From contig NC_088791.1 of assembly GCF_011386835.1 (NCBI RefSeq), positions 350,858,001 through 350,922,000 on the forward strand: a stretch of 64,000 nt of DNA. The letters run 5' to 3'. This document shows positions 1 to 11,400 of the stretch, piece after piece; the first letter of the stretch is position 1; every line of letters starts with the position of its first letter. Position numbers and translations under genes: made by a program. This DNA is from Chrysemys picta bellii (lineage: Eukaryota). Below the pieces are notes generated by a model that saw only the letters and a list, made by a program, of their open reading frames with translations, did not search any database and was not told the DNA's origin.

Positions 1-487
1 CTCCTAGCACCTGTCTTGGCAAAGGTTTGGGTATTTTCCACTCTCACATTTTGAACAACCAGGTGCATGGGGAAGTTTCTAGCCTGGCTTTCATTGCATT
101 ACGGAACAATGATGGATAACCAGAATCCACACTTGTATTTCCTGCTGGTGCCTTTTCAGGTTTTCCTCAACACATCATGTAGGAATTACTGATGGATGGA
201 GCACCATAAAAATGGAATTGGCATTAGTAGGAATAAAATTTTTCTTAATTCATTAATCTCAAAAATAAAAATGGCATTTTTCCGTGTGTAAAGCAATCTG
301 TTTCACCCATGAGACCATCCTCCAGTTGTGCATGTAGTGTCCCATATTAACATTATCTCTCTATCCAGGCATTTGTACTGCGACCTTCATCCTAGACCCA
401 GGGCACCTACAGGAAGGCAGGGGAATATATGGTACATGTAGGAGACACTGATCTGCCGCAGAGTTGGACACCTTCTCCCCCTACTCC

Positions 488-1435
488 ATGCCAGATTCCA
501 GCACAACCAACTTCACCAACCCCTCCACCTTCATCTTGCTGGGCATTCCTGGCCTGGAGACAGCCCATGTCTGGATCTCCATCCCCTTCTGCACCATGTA
601 TGTCATAGCCATCTTGGGGAACTTCATCCTCCTGTTTGTCGTGAAGAGGGAGCCGAGCCTCCATGGCCCCATGTACTATTTCCTCTGCATGCTGGCTGTC
701 ACTGACCTCGTCCTGTGCACATGCACAATTCCCAAAATGCTGAGCATCTTCTGGTTCAATTCCAGGGAGATAGATTTCAATGCCTGCCTCACACAGATAT
801 ACTTCATTCCCTGCTTCTTTGGAATGCAGTCTGGGATCTTCATGGCCATGGCTTTTGATCGCTACGTGGCCATCTGCGATCCACTGAGACATTCCACCAC
901 CCTGACAAACCCTGTGGTGGCCAAGATCGGCTTGGCTGTGGCTTTGCGTGGTGGCGTGCTCACACTGCCCAGTCCCTTGATAGCAAGGCAGTGGCCATAT
1001 TGCAGAACCAACATCATCCCCCACACATGCTGTGATCACATGGCCGTTGTGAATCTGGCCTGTGCTGACATCCGCATCAGTAGTTACTACGGCCTCATTG
1101 TGGGAAACTTGGTCATCACTGTAGATGTGTTTTTTATCGCCGTGTCCTATACCAAGATCCTCAGGGCCATCTTCAGACTCCCCACAAAGGACACCCGGCT
1201 CAAGACTTTTGGGACCTGTGGCTCCCACCTCTGTGCTATTTTAGCCTTTTACATCCCAGCACTCTTCTCTATGTTCACTTATCGGTTTGGCCACCATGTG
1301 GCCCTGCATTTCCACGTTCTCTTTGCTAACGTGTGCCTCCTGGTGCCCCCCATGCTAAACCCCATCATTTTCGGTGTGAGGACCAAACAGATCCGGGACA
1401 GGCTGCTCCGGCTCTTAACTCAGAAAGGGACCTAA
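488..1435 (+). CDS. Class I olfactory receptor, OR52 family (315 aa)
   Basis: First ATG at 488 (the ORF track starts at a TTG at 464). Motifs: FILLGIPGLE, SLHGPMYYFL, MAFDRYVAICDPLRH, TCGSHL, PPMLNPIIFGVRTKQIR. Candidate acceptor ctctctatccag ends at 368. Confidence 0.93.
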   Translation: MPDSSTTNFTNPSTFILLGIPGLETAHVWISIPFCTMYVIAILGNFILLFVVKREPSLHGPMYYFLCMLAVTDLVLCTCTIPKMLSIFWFNSREIDFNACLTQIYFIPCFFGMQSGIFMAMAFDRYVAICDPLRHSTTLTNPVVAKIGLAVALRGGVLTLPSPLIARQWPYCRTNIIPHTCCDHMAVVNLACADIRISSYYGLIVGNLVITVDVFFIAVSYTKILRAIFRLPTKDTRLKTFGTCGSHLCAILAFYIPALFSMFTYRFGHHVALHFHVLFANVCLLVPPMLNPIIFGVRTKQIRDRLLRLLTQKGT

Positions 1436-2154
1436 TGTTTTCTCCGAGTGCTCTTGTTCTCAGACCGAGTTCTGCGCAGAGCTGGCTTGTGACCTGGTGC
1501 TTGGCCCTGTTCCCTGGATCACATACTGGACAGTCAGGGAGATATTAAACGCTTTCTTGACCTTACTGTGCTGTTTTAGTGTAACAATTGGGGAATTATT
1601 CTGTGTACAACTCACTGTGTTGACAGCTTTCAAATTGCTGGTAACTTGACCCCAAGGGCCCACCTCTTGCCCCACCTCTTCCACCAAGGCCCTGCCCTTG
1701 CTCTGCCTCTTCTCCCCCAAAGGCCGTGTCCCTGTCACTTGCTCCTCCTGTCCCCCTATCACTCATTGGATCATCTCCATGTCCCTCCCCCCGCTGCAAG
1801 GGCACCATTTCAGATTTTGGGAGGGGTAATAACTTTATCCATGATTCAAGGGGCTACTTAGACACTCAAAACTCTACATTTTTGGGGAGATAACTTGGCA
1901 AATAGCTGACAGGAGCACTGTATCTAATTCCTATATAAAAGAAAGAAAAATAAATAAATATTAGACCCACCCAGCTCTGGTACTAACATACTCTGACATC
2001 TTGTGGCAAGTCACTTAAGGGTCACTGCTTAGGTTTAAAATTTGAATGCATAGACTTACTTTGTTACTAACTCTGTGGAGAAAGAGAGCCTGTCAGCCAC
2101 CCCTGGGTTCTATTTCAGCTCAGGGAGGGGAGAGGTTCTGGTGCATTACAGCGG

Positions 2155-2650
2155 GCATCAGAATAACCATACTGGGTAAGACCAATGGTCCATCTAGACC
2201 AGTATCATGTTTTCTGACAGTGGCCAATACCATATGCTTCAGAGGGAATGAACAGAAGAAACAATCATCAAGTGATTCACACCTGTCACCCATTCCCTGG
2301 TTGAGGAAAACGGATGCTATGAACATGCAGAACGTGGCATTGGATCCCTGTCCATCCTGGCTAATAAAAATGGATGGAGCTATTGCCCATGAACTTATCT
2401 AGTTCTTATTGGAATCTGCGAGGAAATTATTTCTTTTGTTTGTTTTAAATCTGCTCCCTATTAAATCCATTGGTTGATCTCTAGTTTTTGTGTTCTGAGG
2501 AGTAAATAAGTCTTCCTATTCAATTTCTCCACACCTGTCATGATTTTATAGAACCTCTATCATATCGCTCCTTAGTCATCCCTTTCCAAGCTGAAAAGTC
2601 CCAATCTTTTTAAGTTCTCCTCATACGGAAGGCATTCTATACCCAGTATC
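2155..2650 (-). mobile_element. CR1 LINE 3' fragment
   Basis: Resembles the reverse complement of the CR1 3' region seen elsewhere in the window (catactggg...gaccaatggtccatctag; cf. 40700-40930, 52440-52700). Boundaries approximate. Confidence 0.75.
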
Positions 2651-2743
2651 AGGTGATATGGTCACACGTCCCTGCAAAACTCCAGTCTCCATTCTTTATG
2701 GGCTGGCCCACAGGTACCCAGGAAAGTTAAGCTTTATTATCTG

Positions 2744-2893
2744 GCTTCAGAGTAGCAGCTGTGTTGGTCTGGATCTGCAAAAAGAACAAGAGTACTTGTG
2801 GCACCTTAGAGACTAACACATTTATTTGAGCATAAGCTTTCATGGGCTACAGCACACTTCATCAGATGCAGAGAATGGACTCCTGTTCTCTTT
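2744..2893 (-). mobile_element. Penelope-like element 3' remnant with short inverted tail
   Basis: 13 bp TSD GCTTTATTATCTG at 2731-2743 and 2894-2906. Same terminal sequence family as the GIY-YIG-bearing copy at 60917-61860. Confidence 0.85.
2830..2869 (-). ncRNA. Minimal type I hammerhead ribozyme motif (PLE-associated)
   Basis: Minus strand: GCAU-CUGAUGA-A-GUGUGC(UGUA)GCCCAU-GAA-AGCU-U-AUGC. Stem I GCAU/AUGC, canonical core, stem II with one mismatch, palindromic AGCU stem III. Confidence 0.75.
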
Positions 2894-3254
2894 GCTTTAT
2901 TATCTGTTAATGGGCAATTAAGCCCCATTTGGCTTCCTCATTGAAGACCCTGAAGTGTAAGCAGAGGGAGTGACCCAAAACCTTGAACATAAAATACAGA
3001 AACAGAAGACAATATTCCTAACTTCCTCTGCAAATATGATACATGCATGCAAGTAGAATAATCATATCCAGCAAATGACAACCTTTCTAAGGACACATTG
3101 CATGAAGTATTTTGCATAAAGAATATTCCAGTTATGTCATATTCATTCTCATAAGCATAGTCTCCTAAAGCATATGGAGTGCGACATCACACACAGAACT
3201 TCACAAGAACACCTGTGGGTAATGTTTGCAAGACTTGGGGATTGTATGGTCAAA

Positions 3255-3545
3255 ACCTAAAGAAGGTCTTGGGCACTAAATAAGCCCAGTTCCCTCAGCC
3301 TCTCCTCGTAAGTCATGTATCCCAGCCCTCTAATCATTTTCATTGCTCTCTGGTGGACTCTTTCCAATTTGTCCACATCCTTTCTGTAGTGGGGTGACCA
3401 AAACTGGATGCAATACTCCAGATGTGGCCACAACAGTGTTGAATAGAGGGGAATAATCACTTCCCTCAATCATCTGGAAATCCTCCTACTATGGAGCCCA
3501 ATATGCTGTTAGCCTCCTTGGCAACAAGGGCACACCGCTGATTCA
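3255..3545 (-). mobile_element. CR1 LINE ORF2 C-terminal fragment
   Basis: ORF 3257..3469: [34 protein letters not shown]...[12 protein letters not shown], the CR1 RT C-terminus. Confidence 0.9.
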
Positions 3546-3599
3546 TAATGAGACAACAGAGTGTTTAATGAGACTAAGAGTGTTGTTCCGTTTTGAAGA

Positions 3600-4570
3600 A
3601 ATATTTAGTATTAGGTGTGGAAGAGGAGAAATAAAGAGCAATTTGGCTTAATAAACTTGGGGGGAGAAGGGATTTTGGGCATTGATTTAAGAGAGCTAAG
3701 AGTATTAATTGATTTTATTAACAGGATTTCATGGAAAATGCCTCCTGCCACATCCTGCGGACAAGTGGAGATTTTGGCAAGCTACCAGATAGCATCTGAA
3801 GAATTGGAGTGGTTCCAATGGGCTCCAGAAATTCTGGCAATTGCATTGAAACACTGGGAATTGTGGGCCAAGAATAAAATAGAATGTGGTAAAACTGAAA
3901 CAGAAAACCTAGTTATAGGCCCTGGTCTCCCCCCACCCACAGAAGCAGTACGGATATCCAAGAGAGGCAGAAGCCAGCCTGAAAGGAAGAATTGATGGGT
4001 TTAAGCCAAGGGAACAGTCAAGCCCCAATAATGCTGCTCTCTGGCCGGTCCTGAAAAGTCATGTCAAGACCTAGAGGCTGGTAATTGATTTTTGCCCCCT
4101 TAATCGGGTGACACCCCCAATGGCGCCCATAGTGGCAAAGTATAAGGAGGTGATGGCCTCCATTGTGGGCAGGGGCTCAGTGGTTTTCAGTTCTGGATTT
4201 AAGCAATTTTTTTTTATATCCATTTACATAGGGACAGCTATTACAAAGTTGCTTTTACTTTTCAAGAGAAACAGCTATGTTTTGCCAGAATTCCCATGAG
4301 GTAGATGCACACCCTATTGTTTGCCATGGCCATGTCGTTAATATGTGGGATGGGAAACCTGAAAGAGCCTGTGAGACTTCTTATGTGGATGACATCCTGA
4401 TTTGCACACAGACCAAGGAAGATAATTTGGAAGTACTGGATAGGGTATTACAAGATATTCAGGAAACTGGGTTCAAAGTAAGCCCAAAGAAAGCTCAGTT
4501 GTGCTCCCAACAAGTTAATTATCTTGGAGTGACTTTGGGAGAGGAAGGAAGTTCTCCTGATCAGCAGAGG
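3600..4570 (+). mobile_element. Endogenous retrovirus pro-RT remnant (frameshifted)
   Basis: Protease-like GILGIDL (ORF 3615). RT motifs LVIDF..LNRVTP..PIV, SVLDLSNFF and YVDDILICT...LGV across broken frames. Confidence 0.8.
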
Positions 4571-4574
4571 GTTT

Positions 4575-6346
4575 CTTCAGGTATGTTAACAACAAGAAGA
4601 AAGTCAAGCAAAGATTGGGCCCCTTACTGAATGGGGGAGGCAACCTAGTGACAGAGGATGTGGAAAAAGCTAATGTACTCAATGCTTTTTTGCCTCTGTC
4701 TTCACGAACAAGATCAGCTCCCAGACAACTGCATAGTATGGGGAGAAGGTGACCAGCCCTCTGTGGAGAAAGAAGTGGTTCGTGACTATTTAGAAAAGCT
4801 GGACGAGCACAAGTCCATGGGGCCGGATGCGCTGCATCTGAGGGTACTAAAGGAATTGGAGGATGAGATTGCAGAGCCATTAGCCATTATTTTTGAAAAC
4901 TCATGGTGACTGGGGGAGGTCCCGGATAACAGGAAGAAGGCTAATGTAGTGCCCATCTTAAAAAAGGGAAGAAGGAGGATCTGGGGAACTACAGGCCAGT
5001 CAGCCGCACCTCAGTCCCTGGAAAAATCATGGAGCAGGTCCTCAAGGAATCAATTCTGAAGCACTTAGAGGAGAGGAAAGTGATCAGGAACAGTCAGCAT
5101 GGATTCACCAAGGGGAAGTCATGCCTGACTAACCTAATTGCCTTCTATGTGGAGATAATTGACTCTGTGAATGAGGGGAAAGCAGTGGATGTGTTATTCC
5201 TTGACTTTAGCAAAGTTTTGATACAGTCTCCCACAGTATTCTTGCCAGCAAGTTAAAGAAGAATGGCTGGATGACTGGACTATAAGGTGGATAGAAACCT
5301 GGCTAGATCATCGGGCTCAATGGGTAGTGATCAACGGCTCCATTTCCAGTTGCAGCTGGTATTAAGCGGAGTGCCCCAAGGGTCGGTCCTGGGGCCTGCT
5401 TTGTTCAGTATCTTCATTAACGATCTGGAGGATGGCGTGGACTGCACTCTCAGCAAGTTTGCAGATGACACTAAACTGGGAGTAGTAGTAGATACGCTGG
5501 AGGGTAGGGATAGGATACAGAGGGACCTAATCAAATTAGAGGATTGGGCCAAAATAAACCTGATGAGGTTCAACAAGGACAAGTGCAGAGTCCTGCACTT
5601 AGGGCGGAAGAATCCCATGAACTGCTACAGACTAGGGACCGAATGGCTAGGAAGCAGTTCTGCTGAAAAGGACCTAGGGGTCACAGTGGATGAGAAGCTG
5701 GATATGAGTCAACAGTGTGCCATCATTGCCAAGAAGGCTAACGACATTTTGGGCTGTATAAGTAGGGGCATTGCCAGCAGATCGAGGAACGTGATCATTC
5801 CCCTTTATTCGACATTGGTGAGGCCTCATCTGGAGTACTGTGTCCAGTTTTGGGCCCCACACTTCAAGAAGGATGTGGAAAAATTGGAAAGAGTTCAGCA
5901 GAGGGCAACAAAAATGATTAGGGGGCTGGAGCACATGAGTTATGAGGAGAGGTTGAGGGAACTGAGATTGTTCAGTCTGCAGAAGAGAAGAATGCGGGGG
6001 GATTTGATAGCTGCTTTCAACTACCTGAAATGGGGTTCCAATGAGGATGGATCTAGACTGTTCTCAGTGGTACCAGATGACAGAACAAGGAGTAATGGTC
6101 TCAAGTTGCAGTTGGGGAGGTTTAGATTGGATATTAGGAAAAACTTTTTCACTAGGAGGATGGTGAAGCACTGGAATGGGTTTCCTAGGGAGGTGGTGGA
6201 ATCTCCTTCCTTAGAGGTTTTTAAGGTCAGGCTTGACAAAGCCCTGGCTGGGATGATTTAGTTGTGGATTGGTCCTGCTTTGAGCAGGGGGTTGGACTAG
6301 ATGATCTCCTAAGGTCCCTTCCAACCCTAATATTCTTTGATTCTAA
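4575..6346 (+). mobile_element. CR1 LINE, 5'-truncated, RT domain and 3' UTR
   Basis: [18 protein letters not shown] and [13 protein letters not shown] in ORF 5287..6261. Several frameshifts. Ends in an attct..gattct tail. Confidence 0.95.
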
Positions 6347-6479
6347 GTGCACTCACTTGTGGAATGATATCCCTAAGTAGAACATCTGGGGGAAAGACAA
6401 TTCTTTTTATACTGAATATTTCCTCTCGTTCCCAAATGCTGAAAGAGAAAATTTGAAAGAAGCAAAATTGTAAATAGTG

Positions 6480-7960
6480 ACACCAGGAACAGAATGTAAA
6501 ATTCCTTTGCCTTACACTTGGAAAGCACCAGGTTTTCAGGAGGTTTACAATAGGGATAAAGGATGTTTGGAAGAAAGGATGTTTAAGGCGTGTCTTGGTT
6601 AAATAGTTATTAACATGTAGCCCAATATGGCAGGGAAATGGTTCCTTCAGGGACCCCATGGAGTAAAAGGCACGGAGGTATGGATTTTGGAGCCATCTGT
6701 AAGTAATTTAAATGGAGCATATGTGGTTCAAACCAATGTGAAGAAGCAAATTGTGATTAATCCAACCCACACCCAGAAGATGGTAATTGTGGACCTCACC
6801 TTAGCAAACATTTCAGCAATAGAACCCCAATGTGGAAACTTTGTTCAACCCTTGTATAAGGGCTGGACGAATTGGATAAATCTTCACGATATTCCCAGAC
6901 TGCATAAGTATTGAAAGAAAAGGGATATTTTAGGAACAATTGGTGCTGGAGTAGGAGTTCTTAATAACATAAATGTGGCGGCGGTTGCAAATAAAATAAA
7001 TGCAGTGGGTCAACACCTAAAGGATTTAGCAGTGCCCTGGATGTATTTTTTGATCAGCTAAAGTGCATACAGGATGGGGTGGCAGAGATTTTAGAGAAAT
7101 AGGAGCAATCCCAAGAAAAGGATCATCTCTGCCTCTTGCAGGCTGTTGGTGCCCTCCCAAGTAATGTTTTCTTGGCCCTAGCATGCATGCAAATGTAGAT
7201 GTGGATTAGTGATATGGTAAAGAACATGATTTGAGAGGGTATGACTGGGACACTTCCATTGGAAATCAGGAGCATTATTTGGAAAAATTCCCCCCAGACA
7301 GAAATTTTACAATCCTGGTGGAAAATGGTAAATTTTACCTATGATAAAGGATTTGGAGAAATCCGTTTATTAGTTTTATTAATGCTGGAAATAGAAATAA
7401 GGTGGGTTTTCCCATTTGTAGCCTTGGGCCTTAATATTAACTAAACAGTGATGGAACCCCTGGATTACAGAGTATGAGTAATAAAAGAGGCCCAGGGGTG
7501 AAAGACAGTAGAATTGGGAGCCTATTTAGAAGAATTTTGGATTGGATATGAATGCAATACAAATACTTTGTAGTCACAAGATGTGTGTTTAGAAGTAATA
7601 GAGAGAAAACGTCTATATTTATTGAAATTAATTTGATTGTTGTAATGTTATTTGAATACTCCCATTTAAGGAATTATTTGCAAGTTGTTAGGCAGAAGGC
7701 ACACAGAGTCCTGGTTACCATCCACCATGCTTTTAATTAGATTAAAAGTGATTAAGAGACTTATCAGAGATTCAGAACAAAATTGGTGGGAAACATTGTT
7801 GAGATGGCTCCCTATGGCATTGGAGATTTAATTTCACCAGACATTAAATTATAGTGATTCTAATGTTTCAGGTGGTGGTGGTTGTTGTGCTCCTAGTTCT
7901 GATATACTGGATTCAAAGGAAAATTGAATCCAAAGCCAGAAGTTTTACATATTATGGGTA
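6480..7960 (+). mobile_element. ERV env remnant (SU, furin site, fusion peptide, TM anchor)
   Basis: Continuing ORF 6627..6914 past TGA gives (R>stop)KKR-DILGTIGAGVGVLNNINVAAVANKI. Downstream NWWETLL and a VVVVVVLLVLIYW hydrophobic anchor near 7870-7910. Confidence 0.7.
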
Positions 7961-8154
7961 CTCCCCAAAATAAGTATATGATTCCTGGTCTTTAATGAGG
8001 CAAAGTCAGGGATGAAACCAGAGAGTGGCAGCAAGAAGATTCTAGCTTGGTCTTAGCTGAGACCCTTAAGCCTAATGTGGGAACTTCAAAAGTAACTCAC
8101 TAAACTTGTTATATATAGATAAAGGCCTTAATATTAAAGATAAATGGAGGGGCA

Positions 8155-8783
8155 TGTTGCCCTGGATTTGTGGGGTGTGTATACCCCAGAACATGATCAA
8201 GCCAATTGCAACCACATTATATGCATTCAGCTACCATGAATTAATGAAATAGAACACCACATAGTTAAGGGTTAATTTGGAGACAGGCTTTCAGAAGCAA
8301 GGTCATATCTAGCTAGCAGGTTCTGCTAATCAGAATGGGAGGAGGGGACACACAAGTAAACAAATGAGACTGAAAACCTTGGTGGTTGGAAAACCTTGAT
8401 TCTAGATGCCTCTGATATTAAAAGTTTACTGAAAGTTAGAAAAGTGATGATCCAGTTGGGGTCATTATGACCTATGTGTTTTGCAGAAGTTAGTTATAAA
8501 AGATTAGCTACTACAGTATAATGTACTTTGGAGCAGTCCTCTGGAGATATCCTGGGAGAAACGTTTTTCCTGACATCTTTACTCCCTGGGAGGGAGGTGT
8601 TTGGCCAGCTCTGCCCCGTCATAGATTACTCAATACCATCTCAGAACCTGGGATGTTCTAAACCTATGGCTTATGTTTATGTGTGCTTAAATCTAGTCAA
8701 CTGAAGTGTTAGACAAGAGCATGCATTTAATCTTTAATCAGACCGAACTGCTGAGTTCCTATTGATTTATTCCTAACTCCACA
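8155..8783 (+). mobile_element. Putative 3' LTR of the ERV
   Basis: Follows env and a purine tract (aaagataaatggagggg), starts TGTTG, has TATAAAA near 8495. The 3' end (..ccaca) is uncertain. Confidence 0.55.
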
Positions 8784-8934
8784 TGAAGTAAAATTCTTAA
8801 ATTGCCCCTGTTAGGGGTTCTGAAATCTACAGGTAACACTGAAAGAATTATTTAAGGGCAGGTCTCTGGCCTGTGCTATACAGCCAGTCAGACTAGGTGA
8901 TCACAATGGTCCCTTCTAGTCTTGAGATCTGCCC

Positions 8935-9870
8935 AGTGGTGTTAGTAGCACTACCCAACTGCACGGGTGTTGTACAAAAAATATGCTACACATTGTGAGG
9001 TGCTCAGACACTACAATAATTGGAGCCAGAGCTAAGTGCCTTAGAGAGATTTCAGCTCTGTGTGCCTCATAAGGATAGTTTGGGGCAGTGGGTGGAGAAC
9101 CTGAATTCCTCCCAATACCCCTTGCTGATGAGGCCTGTCATTAGCACAGCACATTTGATGAGAGAGTTCTGGACTCCTCCCGCAGCTCGGCAGTAAGAGG
9201 GGGAATCAGGATGTGGTTTCAGAGAGCGAAGGATTTGGAGAGCGTTGCCTGGCCGAATAGAGCCCTGCTGCGATGCATGTCTGGCTGATCCTGACCCCAC
9301 CCTCTCCCTGAGCAATGAGAGCTGCTCTAGCTCTCACACCCTGCATACAAATTTCCAACATCACCAAGTTTGGGGACAGCTGGATCTGGGAGAGGGGGTT
9401 GTTTGGTTCCAATAGGGAGCTAGCTTGCTTGCTTCCTGGGTGTGTGCATGTCTCATGCCTGAACATGAGGAGGAGACACTCTGAACAGTTCCTCAGAAAA
9501 CAGTGAATCTGCGAGACAGTCGCTGTTATGTCTTGCTGTCTGTGGCGTAACCCTCTTACTTACAACTGGGGGCACTATAGCCTAGTGCAGAGGGAAACAG
9601 CATGTCTGCCACTAATGAACTGTGTGACTAGAAATGTTCCCTAACCAACCGCCCGTGTCTTCGGTTGTGGGTGCTCTGCTTGAGATATGGCCAACACCAC
9701 CACCTCCTGGGATTTCATCAGGAGTCTTGCACTATTTCCTGTCTTTCTTAAAGCCCCAACTTCTGGAATCAAGACACTGCACAGGAATCTCAGCTTTCAG
9801 TTTTCTTAAAAAAAAATATTTTAAAAAGTGAGTTGCAGAAAAGTTAGAAAACCTGTAGCATGTGTATCTC
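8935..9870 (+). repeat. Intergenic block X, copy 1
   Basis: Colinear with 30880-31880 (+) and, in reverse, with 44250-44468 plus 45652-46080. Confidence 0.85.
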
Positions 9871-10029
9871 AAAGACCCAGACTCTAAAGACACAAGAAAA
9901 TGTACCCCACATTAGTATATTTTTAAATCTCATTATTTTTAAAGCAATCCCCTGATTTTGTAGAGGTGTGACTCATACTTGCTAAAGCCGGCTTGTGTAC
10001 CTAGTTCAAAACATCTGGAAAGCAACTAG

Positions 10030-10321
10030 CAAATGATAAAAAAACTAAGAGCAAATATTTTAAAGTACATCAGAAATAAGCCTGCCAAATAATGAGTGGG
10101 GCCACTGGAAAAATTGAAGAGTTAAAGGAGCCCTCAGGGAAGATGAAGCTGTTGCAGGGAGGATAAATGGATTCTTTGCATCTGTCTTCACTGCAGAGGA
10201 TGTGAGGGAGATTCCTGCACCTAAACCAATCTTTCTAGGTGACAAATCTGAGGAACTGTCCCTAATTGAAGTGTCAGTAGAGGAGATTTTGGAACAAATG
10301 GACAAAATAAACAGTAACAAG
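10030..10321 (+). mobile_element. Old CR1 ORF2 fragment
   Basis: ttctttgcatctgtcttcactgcagaggatgtgagggagattcc (FFASVFTAEDVREI), the CR1 tether region. Abuts the hAT element. Confidence 0.75.
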
Positions 10322-11400
10322 TAGCGCTGTTGATTAATCACAGTTAACACACATGATTAACAAAAAAAATCACAACTTAAAAAAATAATCATGATTAATC
10401 ACACTATTAAACAATAGAATTCCATTTGAAATTTATTAAATATTTTGGATGTTTTTCTACATTTTCAAATATATTGATTTCTATTATAACACAGAAAACA
10501 AAGTGTACAATGCTCACTTTATATTCTTTTAATTAAAAATATTTGCACTAAAACAATAAACAATAGTATTTTTCAATTCATTTCATACAAGTACTGTAGT
10601 GCAGTCTCTCAAAAATAAAACAAAGTCCACTTAGTCCTACTTCTTATTCAGTCAATCACTAAGACAAAAAAGTGTGTTTACATTTACAGAAGATACTGCT
10701 GTCTGCTTCTTATTTACAATGTCACCTGAAAGTGTTCACATGCCAGTGTTGTCACTGTCATTGCAGGTTATTTACATGGCAGGTATGCTAAACATTAATA
10801 TTCCCCTTCAAGCTTCAGGCACCATTCCAGAGGACATGCTTCCATGCTGATGGTGCTCATTAAAGAAAGAAAAAGCATTAATTAAATTGTGACTGAACTC
10901 TGTGGGGAAGAATTATATGTCTCCTATTCTGTTTTACCCACATTCTGCCATATATTTCATGTTCTAGCACTCTTGGGTGATGATCCACTACATTTGCTTT
11001 AAGAATACTTTCACAGCAGATTTGACAAAACACAAAGAAGGTACCAATGTGAGATTTCTAAAAATAGTTATAGCACCCAACCCAAGGTTTAAGAATCTGA
11101 AGTGCCTTCCAAAATCTGAGAGAGATGAGGTGTAGAGCATGCTTTCAGAACACTTAAAAGAGCAAGACTCCAATGCAGAAACTACAGAACCCAAACCACC
11201 AAAACAAAGAAATCAACCTTATGCTGGTAGCATCTGACTCAGATGATGAACATAAACATGTGTCAATCTGCTCTTCTTTGGATCATTATCGAGCAGAACT
11301 CATCATCAGCATGGACTCATGTCCTCTGTAATGATAGTTGCAGCATGAAGGCACATGTGAATTTTATCATATCTGGCACATAAATAGCTTGCAGTGCCCT
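10322..11400 (+). mobile_element. hAT DNA transposon derivative
   Basis: Begins tagcgctg with repeated gattaatc/attaac subterminal motifs. The 3' part has a decayed hAT dimerization-domain-like reading (..LAHK*LAVP). Confidence 0.65.

Larger units (their letters stand above)
2660..3191 (-). mobile_element. LTR fragment interrupted by a Penelope-like insertion
   Basis: Ends in ...gcgacatcaca (TG start on the minus strand). Terminal region resembles the end of the solo LTR at 44469-45646 (cattc..ataagcata..taaagc). Confidence 0.5.

Noticed and set aside
407-1228. 273 aa antisense ORF over the OR52, and similar shadow ORFs over the OR51s
   Set aside because: Antisense shadows of coding sequence, with no motifs and not conserved in frame between paralogs.
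5287-6261. 324 aa ORF as a host gene or active RT
   Set aside because: CR1 ORF2 fragment with upstream frameshifts and 5' truncation.
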